DNA of 64,000 nt from NCBI GenBank assembly GCA_951406725.2, contig OX597821.1, positions 10,540,001 through 10,604,000 of the forward strand. The letters run 5' to 3'. The translations under genes and the position numbers were made by a program. This DNA comes from Octopus vulgaris. Taxonomy: Eukaryota. Positions 51,714 through 64,000 of this stretch are shown here, one piece after another. Within the stretch, counting starts at the first letter, position 1. Each line of letters starts with the position of its first letter. The notes beneath the pieces were generated by a model that was not told the DNA's origin, did no database searches, and worked only from the letters and a program-made list of their open reading frames with translations.

Positions 51714-52168
51714 CTATTTCTTTATTACCCACAAGGGGCTAAGGTATTAAGTCGATTACATCGACCCCAGTGCGTAACTGGTGCTTAATTTATCGACTCC
51801 GAAAGGATGAAAGGCAAAGTCGACGTCGGCGGAATTTGAACTCACAACGTAACGCAGACGAAATACCGCCAAGCATTTCGCCCGGTGTGCTAACGTTTCT
51901 GCCAGCTCGCCGCCTCGCCCGGCGTGCTAACGTTTCTTATTTCTTTATTGCCCACAAGGGGCTAAACATAGAAGGGACAAACAAGGACAGACAAGGGGAT
52001 TAAGTCGATTACATCGACACCAGTGCGTAACTGGTACTTAATTTATCGACCCCGAAAGGATGAAAGGTAAAGTCGACCTTGGAGGAATTTGAACTCAGAA
52101 CGTAGCGTTAAACGGAATATCGATAAGCATTTCGCCCGGCGTGCTAACGTTTCTGACAGCTCGCCGCC
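51714..52168 (-). mobile_element. Head-to-tail dimer of the Meta-like SINE within one TSD
   Basis: 15-bp TSD TTTATACTATAATAC at 51699-51713 and 52169-52183. Confidence 0.9.
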
Positions 52169-52757
52169 TTTATACTATAATACTGTTCTCTCTCTATCCC
52201 CACTCCTACTTTCAAACTGCCTCCACTGAACACTGACCAACCTATTACTTAATTTTTGTTTTCCTCTCCTTATTCTCTTTATTCTTACCTTCATGGGTTT
52301 TATTCTTTATTTTTGTTTTTACTAATCGTTCTCCTTCTTTCTCATTAGTTCTTTCTTTCTCTCCTCCTCTTATCTGTCTTTTTTTCTTCTTTGTCATTCT
52401 TCTCTTCTTGTTTTGAATTTGACCAAACTAATACGCTTCCTATTTCTAGTTCAGTTTAAACACAAACCTGGAATCTGCTACATTCTATATAAATTCCCTA
52501 CTGGGAATGACCAACTTTAGGAGAATTTTACATTGCTTATAAACTTTACATCTGGATGGACTCATATTAAACACTGTTGGACTTTTGGATTTTGCTCAAA
52601 GGATATTGGAATAATACACATATATACCATTATGCTTATAAAACGGATTTATGAACTCAATAACCATACATACCTTACATCTATTTTCTTTCCTCCACCT
52701 CACTTTCTATTTGTATCACATCGAAACTAACTATGGCTTAATTTTTCCTCTCACACC

Positions 52758-52812
52758 GTCTCCGATGAAGGGATATTATTATTAATTAATATTCTAAAAA
52801 CAGTTGTAAAAC
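52758..52812 (+). ncRNA. Degenerate type I hammerhead in a Penelope pLTR-like relic
   Basis: GUCU-CcGAUGA-A-GGGAUAUU..AAUAUUCU-aAAAA-CAGuUG-UA-AaAC; the element ends in (TA)n at 52879. Confidence 0.5.
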
Positions 52813-52875
52813 CTATCTATAAATGCTCTAATATTTATACAACCTTGTTTTTTTTATGTCATTACGCAAAAGAAA

Positions 52876-52931
<56 letters not shown>

Positions 52932-54664
52932 TATATATATCTTTATAGCAAGAATTCATTAGAGAATATTTTGGTATATTTACTGTATGTTCAACCACTA
53001 AAATAGTGGGTCTTAGTGCTGAGAATGTTTTCAGAACATTTGCTTAGAAATAACGCACTTGGGATTGACCACAATGAACAGTTCACACATGTATGAATAT
53101 TTTCTGTTAAAGTGTGCATTAAACTTTTCCTGTGTTGCCTTCGAAGATGGCCTGCTGTCCTGATTTTTGCATGCATAGATAGAATTGTGATGATAAATGA
53201 TTTTAATATTACGTCATAATGTCTCACAAATCACTAGTGCCCCCACCCCCCAAAAAATAACAGACAAAGTGGTGGGATCAGAACTGTGTTATTCAAAGAA
53301 TTGGTGTTTAAGAAGAGGGAGGGTTGAAAGTTCTGTTAAAGTGGTGAATATCTGGTGTTACACGAGATTAATTCGATCTGAAACAATGATGTTCAATGTA
53401 GTGTGGTGGAAACGTCATTGTGGTATGACAGCTCTTCTCTTTGGTAAAATCTTAATAAAATCGCTTCGTCTTACCTTAACTGCAGTCATACTAAATGAGA
53501 AAAAAAAATGGACTTCTTTTCTGGTTAACAAAAATGACAAAAAGCTATGTTTGTGAATGAAAGTGCCAAATATCTCAGTTAAATACGTGTGATATTATTG
53601 GAGATTTACTTCTACAAAATATATTTACTACAAAAGAAAACTTGTTCGAGACTATTTTTTATATATATATATATTTTTTTTACAAAAACAAAAATATCAT
53701 GAATGTTTTCTTTGTAAAACTAATCTATTTTCAAGTCACATGCAATTTCGAAATGGCAGTGAGATAATAAGAATTATGCTTGGAGTGTCTTTCTTGAATA
53801 TTTTGAGAGTAACATTATAACAATTTGTATGAGCTTTCTTAGTTTCAGTGTTTCCTTTCACGTAATACAAACGTATCAACAGAATTGTATTTAAAGGATT
53901 AAAAAAAAGAGGGGGAGATAAAAAAGACATTCTTTTCATGATGGTACAAAATATATTTATAAAAGGAAAAGACAAATACGGCGAATATCATGTAGGAAAC
54001 GCTTAGAACAAAAAATACTATTCGTAACAGTTCTATTCTTGTTTCGAAATATTATACAAAAACGAGCTATAAAATCGATTCGCTTCAGTGTATATTACTC
54101 TGCTAGATGTGGTCATTGTCATATATGCCGATGAGACTTGAGTATTCTTTCCTAATTTATAACAGAGATAAAACACTGTGATGTAATAATTTCATTATTG
54201 GCTTGATCGTAAAGACAGTAGAAATAGAATTTATTTTGCTTTTGAATAGGAAAAGCTCGTGAGAAATAAGAGTCGTGCACAAATAATTTTATGGGAGTAA
54301 TCTTCACATTATTACACAAGTTTTATAATAATTTGCAGGAATTACATCCGTAAAAAATATTTATCATAAAAAATAATTTTATAATGATTAATTCGGATAA
54401 TATAGATATATTTTTGCATAACCACATGAATATTACATCAATGCACTGAATTATATTTTCTGGTCATATGATTCTTTTTATGTATTATTTTTATGTGTGC
54501 CTATTTCTTGATGTATTACCAGTATGTATAAGCATTTATAAACATAGGATACCCAAATGCCGTTGTGCTTATCTAGTAAGGCGCAGGTTTATATGTAAAT
54601 GCACATAAGTCAATAAGCATAGTCATTTCACAGAGAATGATGGTTACCTGCGGTTTGATTATTG

Positions 54665-54711
<47 letters not shown>

Positions 54712-55693
54712 ATATATATATACGGAGAGAGAGAGAGAGAGAGAAGTGGGGGAACAGAGAGGAGGAACGAAAGAATGAAGAGTCGAACGAATGAAGTAAG
54801 CGTGAAAGGGCTGCTAGAAAGATAGAAAGGAAGAAAGAATAGAGTCGTACAAAATTGAAATAAGTATATACTTACATATAAGAGATCAAAGTGAATGTAC
54901 GCCGCTCGCTATAAATTCCAGATCAAAGCCATTACAGAGGAACCTGTAACACAAAGATGCCTCAGGGACAGAATGGCACTGAAAGAAAGGAAAATGGAAA
55001 TAGAACTTCTAAAATTGAGGGCCCAAACGAATGAAAATAAACTAATGTCATTTGGAATGGATCCAGAAGACACAGAGTCCTTTTCTTCGGATCGAGTTGG
55101 GGGGGGGGAGACCAAAACTGTGCGGTGGAGTGAAATTATTTGAGGAGGCCAGGATAAAGCATGTAAGACTCAAAACACATCTAAGGATGAAGGTTACGAT
55201 CGAGAACGTGAATGGCAATGGCATTTCGTATGCACAGTTTGCGACAGACCATGCCTCTCTTTTGTTGGGTTCAAATCCCATCCAAGAAGCCATGGAGAAC
55301 AAACCCCAGCCAACTATTCTGCGTATATGTCTGTGCACAGCTTTCATATATATATATATGGAGTCATATAATTTTCTTGGAACTTCTAACCATGCTCTGA
55401 AGAAACACTGGCCAATTCGTTCATTGAAGAAGCGTAGTCAACAGATATTACGAAAGACATATAAAGTGTACTTATTCGCACTAACAGAAATAATTAATAA
55501 TTCTGACTATCTCTAGTCATATGTCTTCCTATTTACATGGACTGATATCTCTCTTGATTAAATGTGCTAGGTATTTGTTTTCATAAGCATAATCTGACTT
55601 TAAAGGTTTATATGTGTATATATATGGGTGTGAGTGTGTATGTGTGTGTGTGTGTGCGTGTGTGTGTATGTATGTATATACATATACACACAT

Positions 55694-55794
<101 letters not shown>

Positions 55795-56774
55795 TCGGTA
55801 GTCTTAGCAATTTCCGTAGCCTCATCAAAAATTACTTATGATGAATATAAAAATAAACGATAATGATTAATGAAAATCCCCCCGTTAGCCTTGAACTGAT
55901 CCGCACGCGCGCTTATAGCAAAATGAAACCATATATAAATGTTCTTCTTCCATTTAGAATGCAACATTCGTAATCGAAATATAGTTGCAGTAACTTTCCA
56001 ATTCGGTTTCTTATTTGCGTCATTATCATACTTGTGTAAGATGTCAGCTTCAGGAAAACTTCTAATCAAATATGGAATGAGCAGTTGAGAAACGAGAGTT
56101 AGAATCGCTCGGCATTGTCATTTAAATGATCATATTGATACAAATCTTATCTTTCCTTATACACCCTCAATTATTGTTGGATACATTAGCACATGACGGA
56201 CCTACAGATAAACACTGACTCTGAACGTCGATATTTCTTTATATGATCCCTTTGCTATAATTTACTTGTCGCAACTTTCCTCTCCCTATATATCAAAGAA
56301 ATTCGTCAAAAACACGTAGGGAAACAGCATGGGATAGAGAAAATTAAAAACTGGTTAAATTTTAAAACTTATGTGCAGAGTACGAGTTAATATCGGCTTG
56401 CAGCCAAAAAGTTGATTCGTGGGTCCTGATAATATGTATAACAAGGCGAATCAGGGATCTCTCTTGCTGTGCCGCATTTACTTCTAATCTTGAATGTGAT
56501 GGTGCAACTGAACGACATAACCAGATGATTCTGTACGATATTATAATAAAACTCAAATAGGAAAAACATGAGTCAGAAAACTAGATTTGTATTTGCTTGA
56601 TTTATGCATATTTTTTCATCATAAATTTACCGTAGTGTGTTTAGGTTGTATTGAACCTTCCACGTATGATATGACGGGACAATAAATAACGTCTACGCAT
56701 ATCGTTCTACTCAAGATACAGAATACTTATAATTACACTCGACAATATGCAACACACTTCTTTACACTGCTCAC

Positions 56775-56847
56775 CGACTCATTTTCTTTATGTAGATACA
56801 CTGGTCCTGATACAGAGCGAGACGGTACAAGGACAGACAGAACAATA
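56775..56847 (-). other. Candidate 73-nt exon (coding or UTR)
   Basis: Strong acceptor TTTTGTCCCCACAG and donor G|GTGAGC; two frames open; no recognisable product. Confidence 0.3.
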
Positions 56848-57556
56848 CTGTGGGGACAAAAAACAAAACGAATGAATGAAAAATGGATTATAATTAATGA
56901 GGATGTGATGGCTGCTTTAACCCCACTCTCAAGCAGTACCATCTAGCTCTTTTTATAACAGTTTTTATATATTTTCCCCCGTTTTCCCCTTTTTAGTATC
57001 GTATTTGGTGTGTCTTTAATAAAATTACAAACGTTTACTCACGTTTTACGAGTTCCCACATGGCTTCAAATCTATATAGTCTACAACAGGTGTTAGGTCT
57101 TCAAATTCTACCTCCACTCTCAATGGGTATAAGTTGGTTCCAAAGCATTCTTTTAACTTTCCATTTCTCTCTTGGTCTATTACTATGCCTTTTGTATTTT
57201 CTGTGTAAAGCTCCGCTGGTAATTTTACTCTGATTACAGATTTAAATTTGGTAATTTTCCTTTCTATTGTCGTGGTCTTTGAATATGTTACCATATGCCA
57301 TCTGTTTTTCCTGGGCTTTATGTCAGTTTCACTCTACCTTTTCATTTTGGGGCTTTTCGGGGATGAGTTCACTATTTCTTTTCTTTTCCTCTTGGTCACT
57401 TCTGTAAATGCCTCTTATGTTTCTTCCGTACATTTCTCGTGTGCTAGGCCTGTCATTTCGGTACTTTGCTCATGTTGGTTTTCCTCACATTTACTGTCTC
57501 TCCGGGGGCACTTTATTCTAATGCGTCCCTTTTCTCCCCATTGATAGCAGATTGGT

Positions 57557-58936
57557 GATGAAAGAGATGAAAGAGGCAGTGATATAAGAGATGAAAGAGA
57601 CAGTGGTATACGAACTGAGAAAGGAGGAAGAAAAAAAGGCTAAATGTACATTGCAGTCAACAGGGACAGTGCCTGAGATGGGAGAAATATGTGATCAACC
57701 GCAGAATATCATGGAAGGAACTTTGGGCTTAGGAACAAGCAAGAACATCCTTCCTGATTAAGTCTATCTTCGACGTTCTACCCTAACCGGCGAACTTAGT
57801 CCAGGGGAACATAAAAACAACCGACGAGTGTAGATGCGGAGAGAAAGCAAATGTTAGAAATCTTCTGTCAGGTTGCAGACTAGCATGTGAAAGGTATACA
57901 TGGCGGCATAATCAAGTCATCGGCGTGATAAGCACAGCACTCAAGGATAAGATCGAGAAGTACAATAGGGGAGAATACCCAAAAGTAGAAAAGCGCAGGA
58001 GAGTATACTTCCACAAGGAGGGAAAGGTTATAAAACCAGGCCTACAAGTAAAGTATACGAGATAGACGAAAGATGGAAGGGATACTGGGAGGTGGCCACG
58101 GACTTGGAAAGACAAGTAATATTTCCACTAATAAAAACAACAAAAAGACCGGATTTAGTTCTTTGGAACAGAGACCGGAGAATGGGAATTTTACTAGAAC
58201 TGACAGTAAATTGGGAAGAGAACATCAGCAATGCAGACGAACGAAAGGAGAAGAGGTATGGAAAGCTAATCGAAGAATGCAGAGAACAGGGATGGAATGT
58301 CGAATATTATCACCTGGCAGTGGGGGCTAGAGGCTTCATTGAAAAGAAAATGACAACGCTTTTCAAAAAAAGATTTGTTTTTCCTAGCTCCGAGCTGCGT
58401 AAACTAATAAGGAGAGTACAGGAGGCGGTCGAAAACGCCAGCTTCTCTATATGGCTGAAGCAGGAAGACCGAAAATGGCTTGAAAGTCAAACACACCGAC
58501 GGGAAATAACATCATTTGGTGAGACAAGCTGACTGACAGGTGACGGTCGTTTAGAAAAAGCGTGGGCTAAAACTACGCGCCTTCATTAGTCAGTTAAGGT
58601 GAGACAGTGTTACGTGACAACTTGCTGGGGCTGCCTGCTGGAGCCTATGGGCAGGTATTTAAAGGAAAAAATTTGACAAGACAGTCAGTCACCGGCTGAC
58701 ACTCGCTGACGATACATCGAGGAGGCCAGGGAACAGAAGAAAGAAGAAGAAAGAAGACATGCACCCAACACCAGAGCTGAAGACACATCCGAAAGCGGGG
58801 GAGCCCGCCACGTCAAAACAGTAGATGAGTAGGGGCCGAAACCGGACGTGGTTCTTCCTGATGATGTCTTGAGCTAACTGGATCCTATAAAGGAGCTGTT
58901 GTGGTAACAGACCACGAAACACGGTTGTAATTCTCC
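57557..58936 (+). mobile_element. HERO-type RLE non-LTR retrotransposon, 5'-truncated, 41-bp TSD
   Basis: SFLIKSIFDVLP, CRCGE..LSGC..RYTWRHNQV, RPDLVLW, LELTVNWEE, RYGKLIEECREQGW, VGARGF; TSD 57516-57556 / 58937-58977 (39/41 identical). Confidence 0.9.
58775..58875 (+). ncRNA. Putative non-circularly permuted hammerhead, partly decayed; predicted cleavage after GUA (A58823)
   Basis: P1 AGCU-G-AAGACA/UGUCUU-G-AGCU; stem II GCCC/GGGC; CCACGUC(58808-14)/GACGUGG(58845-51); stem III CaGU/ACCG; stem I GAuGAG/UUCUUC; GAAA 58838-41; CUGAUGA 58858-64. Confidence 0.65.
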
Positions 58937-60135
58937 TTCTAATGCGTCCCTTTTCTCCCCATTAATAGCAGGTTGGTTGTATTTCTTCCATCACCATTTT
59001 CAACCTTACGTCCTCCGGTAGAATCACCTCTTCAGCGATTTCGTTCAAATCTTGTTGTCCGACCCGATTGACAATTTCTAGGACATATCCCCTGCTAATT
59101 AACTTTTGTAACCTTGTTATCTTTAGAATTTTGGCGTCCTCCTCGGTTCTATTCATTACGGCTGCCTCGCGGGAGAATATCAACAAATATAACAAAGTAT
59201 AACAAGACTTACTTCAACCGGAATCAGAAATGATTTAACATAACAAGCACACGGCTTTACAGCTCACCGAATCTCTCTCCACACTCTCTAGGCTTGTCCA
59301 TTTATATGAAAGCACAGTACATTAGGAGTCAACCTCCTTCCAAACAACAGTTTACAATAATATGGTTAAAATAACATACTAGCAATAAGTAAGATATTTT
59401 ATAAAAATAATCTAATATTATTATTAATATCATTCTATTAATTAGGTTTACATAAGTAAAACTCGTATTTTTATAGATTAAGCTTTCTGCCAAACTACTG
59501 TAATATACTAAGAATTCATCATTGACATTTGGTTTTTCTGTGCTCGGAAGGACACTAGAACGAAAATGGTATATGTTTTAGAGTAAATATTTTAAATTTA
59601 ATAGTTATGATATTTTCGCAAAACATTCATAAAAGCGTAACACATTTTCGAATTTTCAGTATTACTTTCTTTGCAACAGCCAGTGACAATTTTCTAGAAA
59701 AGCATTCTGTGAATATGCTGAAGTTTTCTTTTCAGCCCACTCTTAATCATTAAAATGCAGTTTTGCCATATTCTACATGCTGTCTGTATTCATATCTTGT
59801 ATGTCATAAAATTATTGGAACATTACATCATGCGTCATGGACATAGTAATTTGAAACTACTTCAAATGATTAATATAGAAAAAAATACATAAAAGGAAAA
59901 TAATATGAACGTAAAATTCCCATAATCTTTTCAAGTGATATAAAATTAGAATTCAGTTACAAGTTTTGTAAGTATTCTAAGAATCTCTCTTGCGAGTATT
60001 TGTCAGTGTTGATTTGTTTTCTGTCAGAACAAGTACATCAATGCAACTTAAATATAAAATAGCGAAAATAGTTTGAAAGATATATTTTCTACTTGAAAGG
60101 AATAATCCTTGCTAAATCAAGTCAGATCTGTTTAC

Positions 60136-60206
<71 letters not shown>

Positions 60207-61332
60207 GCACTGATAATAATAATGAGGATGATGTCGACGACGACGACGACAAACTTTATTATTTAAAAATAAATCCATGTAGAAGGCAGCACAACTATTT
60301 CTTAAGGATTGCGGTCTGATACTTCGTGATTTAAAAGATTAATAGACTATATGTTTTTACATTTGCGGAAGAGTATCTAGCATGTAACTGATATGATGTT
60401 TAAAGGTTATGGAGGAGACGGAATGGTGGAATAGCCTAACCAATACGCTTAGTGAACTGGAAATAAACTATAACTGTTCTTTACATGCCATGAAAACATA
60501 CTGTTGTATTTGCTCACACTGCGGTTCTGTGTAACAAAAATCATTGATAATACAGATTTTTTTACAATAAATACTTGGAATAGAAACAACAAAAGAGAAG
60601 AAGGAAATATATATCAATATACAACGAATTTGCAAAAGAAGCACGAGATGATATAGAAAGTTAAATAGAAATACTTGAAATATATGAATATATAAATATA
60701 AAATATAAAAAAAGGGACGAAAATAAAGTGATACAAGAATAAAGAGTGATAGCGAAATTAACAGAGAGCGATCGAGGAATGAATATGAAAAGGAGAATTG
60801 TAATCCGAAAGCAGAGAGAAAAACAAAGAACGAATATAAAAAGAAATTTAGAAGACGTGTTAGCTCAGTAAATATGTAAGTCTGAAAGGATTATCATAGA
60901 AAAAGAAATTGCATTTGGTCTTTAGAATTTCAGAAATTATTAGATGTTCTATTAATGAAAATTATCTTGGTGATAAACAAGATTATTTCATTTATTTCGG
61001 AATAAAGCATTTTTGACACATTTAAGAAAAAAATTTATACTGTGCACAATAGGAATATCGCGTGTATTTTAATGGAGAATAAATGATTTTCCGCTAACCT
61101 TTGTGTACAGTTTTCTGAAATTAAAAGTAGTTTAATATTATGATTTGTTCATTTTGATACATTTTAAAATAAATGTCCCTCAAATAGCAAAGACGTCAAG
61201 GAAAAAATTTGTTGAATTTAAATAATTTTCATAGGTATGAATAAATAAAAGCAAAATAGATCGGTAATTTACATCTAATTCTTTCTATATATTTTGTTAC
61301 CGTGACATAATCAATACACTGAATATGTGTGC

Positions 61333-61421
<89 letters not shown>

Positions 61422-61473
61422 TGTATGTATGTATATATGTATGTATGCGTGTGTGTATGTATGTATATATATC

Positions 61474-61504
<31 letters not shown>

Positions 61505-61510
61505 CTATAG

Positions 61511-61557
<47 letters not shown>

Positions 61558-61784
61558 CAGCTATAAAATAAATGTATTTTCTATTTCTATTTCTATGTCT
61601 TGTTATATTTGTAATATATTATGTATAATATAACTGCTGTTGTGTAATTGTTTAATAAAGTATTGATTGGGCATTATCTGATGGTTGATGATTGAGTTAG
61701 GTATATTTCTCCATTTTCTCATTTTGTATATTTATATGCATACCTTACAACAATATATATAACAATTTGTTATATGTATATACA

Positions 61785-61834
<50 letters not shown>

Positions 61835-61912
61835 CATCAGAGAGTGCGTGTGTGTTTGCGTGTGAGCATATTTAACGTCTACACACTCATATACACACAC
61901 GCATACATAGAT

Positions 61913-63080
61913 ATAAGAGTGGAAGTCAAAAATGATCAGCACTTGCACCAAAACCTTTAGTTTGGCCACACCGTTTGTTAAAAGATGGTCTTCTTGGGGT
62001 GCGCTAACTGCGATTGAGCCCGAGCGGTCCATGTTTCTATGTAGTGTTGCAGAGTAAACATGGCCCCCTCCGCTGGCTGTATGCACTGAGGAGGTACACG
62101 CGTCAATGATTCAATTTCTCTGGTCTGCATTGTATCAATGGTTAGGGTTACTGAATCGAATAGTTTAAAAATGGATGGACAAGCTTGAATCACTAGGTTC
62201 AACATACTCGAGAAATGGTTATGGAGAACCGATGAGCTACGAGCAATGAGGTCGCATGTTCTCTGCAAATGAGTAATGGTTCTGCGTACGAAATCATCGT
62301 TGACAAGCTTCATTTTCGTAAGTCTGTAAATGGGTGCCAAGTAAGCTTACTGAAGCGCTGGCGTGCAGCTAGCTGTGCGCAGACTCGTCGATACTTGCTC
62401 GTTCGCAACAACTGGGAAGGTGAGATTTTCTTCGAGAATATAGTCACTGTGAGGCCTGGATATACCACGTTAAACCTGAATTCAAAGTGCAGGGAATGGA
62501 GTGGAAGCACGCTGAATCGTCAACAAAAAATATTCAAACCTAAGATCTCTGCAGGAAATGTGATGCTAACCGTTTTTGGGGCACGCAATACATCCTATAC
62601 TATTATATTATCTGCAAAAAGGAGACTACAATCACCGGTGTAGGCTACAGTGACATGTTGGCCAACAAACTGAAACCGGATATTCGCACGAAAAGATAAG
62701 GTCTATATTCAAAGCAAGTGCTATTGTTTTACGACAATGCATACCCATGTACGGCCGCCTCCAACATTGAAAGCATTGAAAAATTGGATTTCGTGTCGCA
62801 GATCTCTCCTTTACAGACTATCACATAATTGGACCTCAGAAGATTCTTTTATAACGTCGTCGATTACCTACGGACAAAGGAATACAGGAAGTGGTTCATA
62901 CATGACTGAGCGATCAGATGAAAACCTTCACCGATGTAATCAAGCAAGCGTGTGTACCTCTCAAAGAAGTGCATCGAAAGGAATGGAGATTATATCCAGA
63001 ACATAGTGTATTCAACCCATGCTTTTGTTTTAATAAATACAGAAAGAGGATTGCGTATAATTTTTTCATATTTACCCACA
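61913..63080 (+). mobile_element. Decayed mariner transposon
   Basis: Fragments ENIVT, KIFKPKISAGNVMLTVF, KLKPDIRTKR and VLLFYDNA match mariner transposases; diverged TIRs AGTCAAAAATGATCAGCACT / TTGCGTATAATTTTT. Confidence 0.85.
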
Positions 63081-63104
63081 TGTGTGTATACACACACACA
63101 CACG

Positions 63105-63193
<89 letters not shown>

Positions 63194-63344
63194 ACAATGT
63201 TGTTCCTAAATGACTCAACGAGAGATATTCAGTAGCAACACTTTAACGTAACGATTATTTGCCAACCTTATAAAGCAGTCCCGTTTAAGGGAGATTGCTT
63301 CTGTTTAGACCCGAGACGTCTTCTCGTGCTGACTATACTATATT

Positions 63345-63724
63345 TTCGAACAGGGGAGGTTAGCACCCTCACGCACCACAAAGCAGTATCTGTGGACCAT
63401 ACGGTTTCAGGGTTATTTTCCTTTGTCGGCGTAGATTAAATCTTTGGCTGCTAAACACCCGTTCCGAAATATACATAAATTCCTGAGTGACTCACACTGG
63501 TGCTAATGAATATCGCTCGTTGACAGATTTAAGATCAACAATATCTCTATTCATTATACCAGTGATTGTGAGCCAATTAGAAAATCATATATATTTTCGA
63601 ACGGGTGTTTAGCAGCGGTATCTGAACCAAAGATTTATTCTGTGCCAACGAAGGGTAATAGTTCTGAAACCGTATGGTCCACAGATACCGCTTTGTGTTG
63701 GATGGGGTTGCTAACCTGTTTGAA
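63345..63724. mobile_element. ~380-bp fold-back (MITE-like) element
   Basis: GGTTAGCA..GTATCTGTGGACCATACGGTTTCAG..GCTGCTAAACACCCGTTC is mirrored in the right arm; centre about 63530. Confidence 0.85.
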
Positions 63725-64000
63725 CTCATTTCCCTATCTCCGACGTATTCCAAGAAACTCCATTTGCGAACTTCATTGTTCCTTCTTCAATATTAAAATA
63801 TATTAGCGAATGCTCAAAAAATTCGCAAAGCCATTTACAGTCATCAATCTTCACAACGAATGACCAATTTCCTGAAATTTCTATTCAACTGTCCACTACA
63901 GCTAACATCCAAATTTCTCAGCTTGCCCTCCAACACTGAATGTCTCACCAGATAATGCAGAGGGAATAGAACCGTAACTTCTTCAAATCTTATATGTCTT

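Larger units (their letters stand above)
56990..59270 (-). mobile_element. Decayed retroelement ORF1/gag-like sequence with a CCHC zinc knuckle, split by the HERO insertion (boundaries approximate)
   Basis: Joining across the TSD gives PTCY*WGEKGRIRIKCP, a decayed CX2CX4HX4C; ORFs 58962-59195 and 57046-57294 lie on either side. Confidence 0.55.

Overview
AT-rich, microsatellite-saturated eukaryotic DNA; the SINE/LINE repertoire suggests an octopus genome (inference). No intact host gene is visible, only a few candidate minus-strand exons. The window is mostly decayed mobile elements: R4/Dong-type RLE LINEs nested in (TAA)n, two HERO-type RLE LINE 3' ends with unusually long target-site duplications, RTE and CR1-group LINE ends, several tRNA-derived SINE families, a complete non-autonomous Helitron plus a helicase remnant, mariner remnants and many fold-back elements in (TA)n tracts. 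The most striking signal is RNA structure. (1) Several canonical type I hammerhead ribozyme (HHR) motifs occur in Penelope-like repeats. (2) A non-circularly permuted, pseudoknotted hammerhead fold (strand order stemIII-UH-stemI, stemII-GAAA-stemIII, stemI-CUGANGA, plus three accessory helices) occurs three times in full with different helix sequences: in both HERO 3' UTRs (24414-24524, 58775-58875) and in a TIR-bounded element (40245-40373). Partial copies lie near 9417-9463 and 31104-31142. All folds were paired by eye and no activity has been tested.
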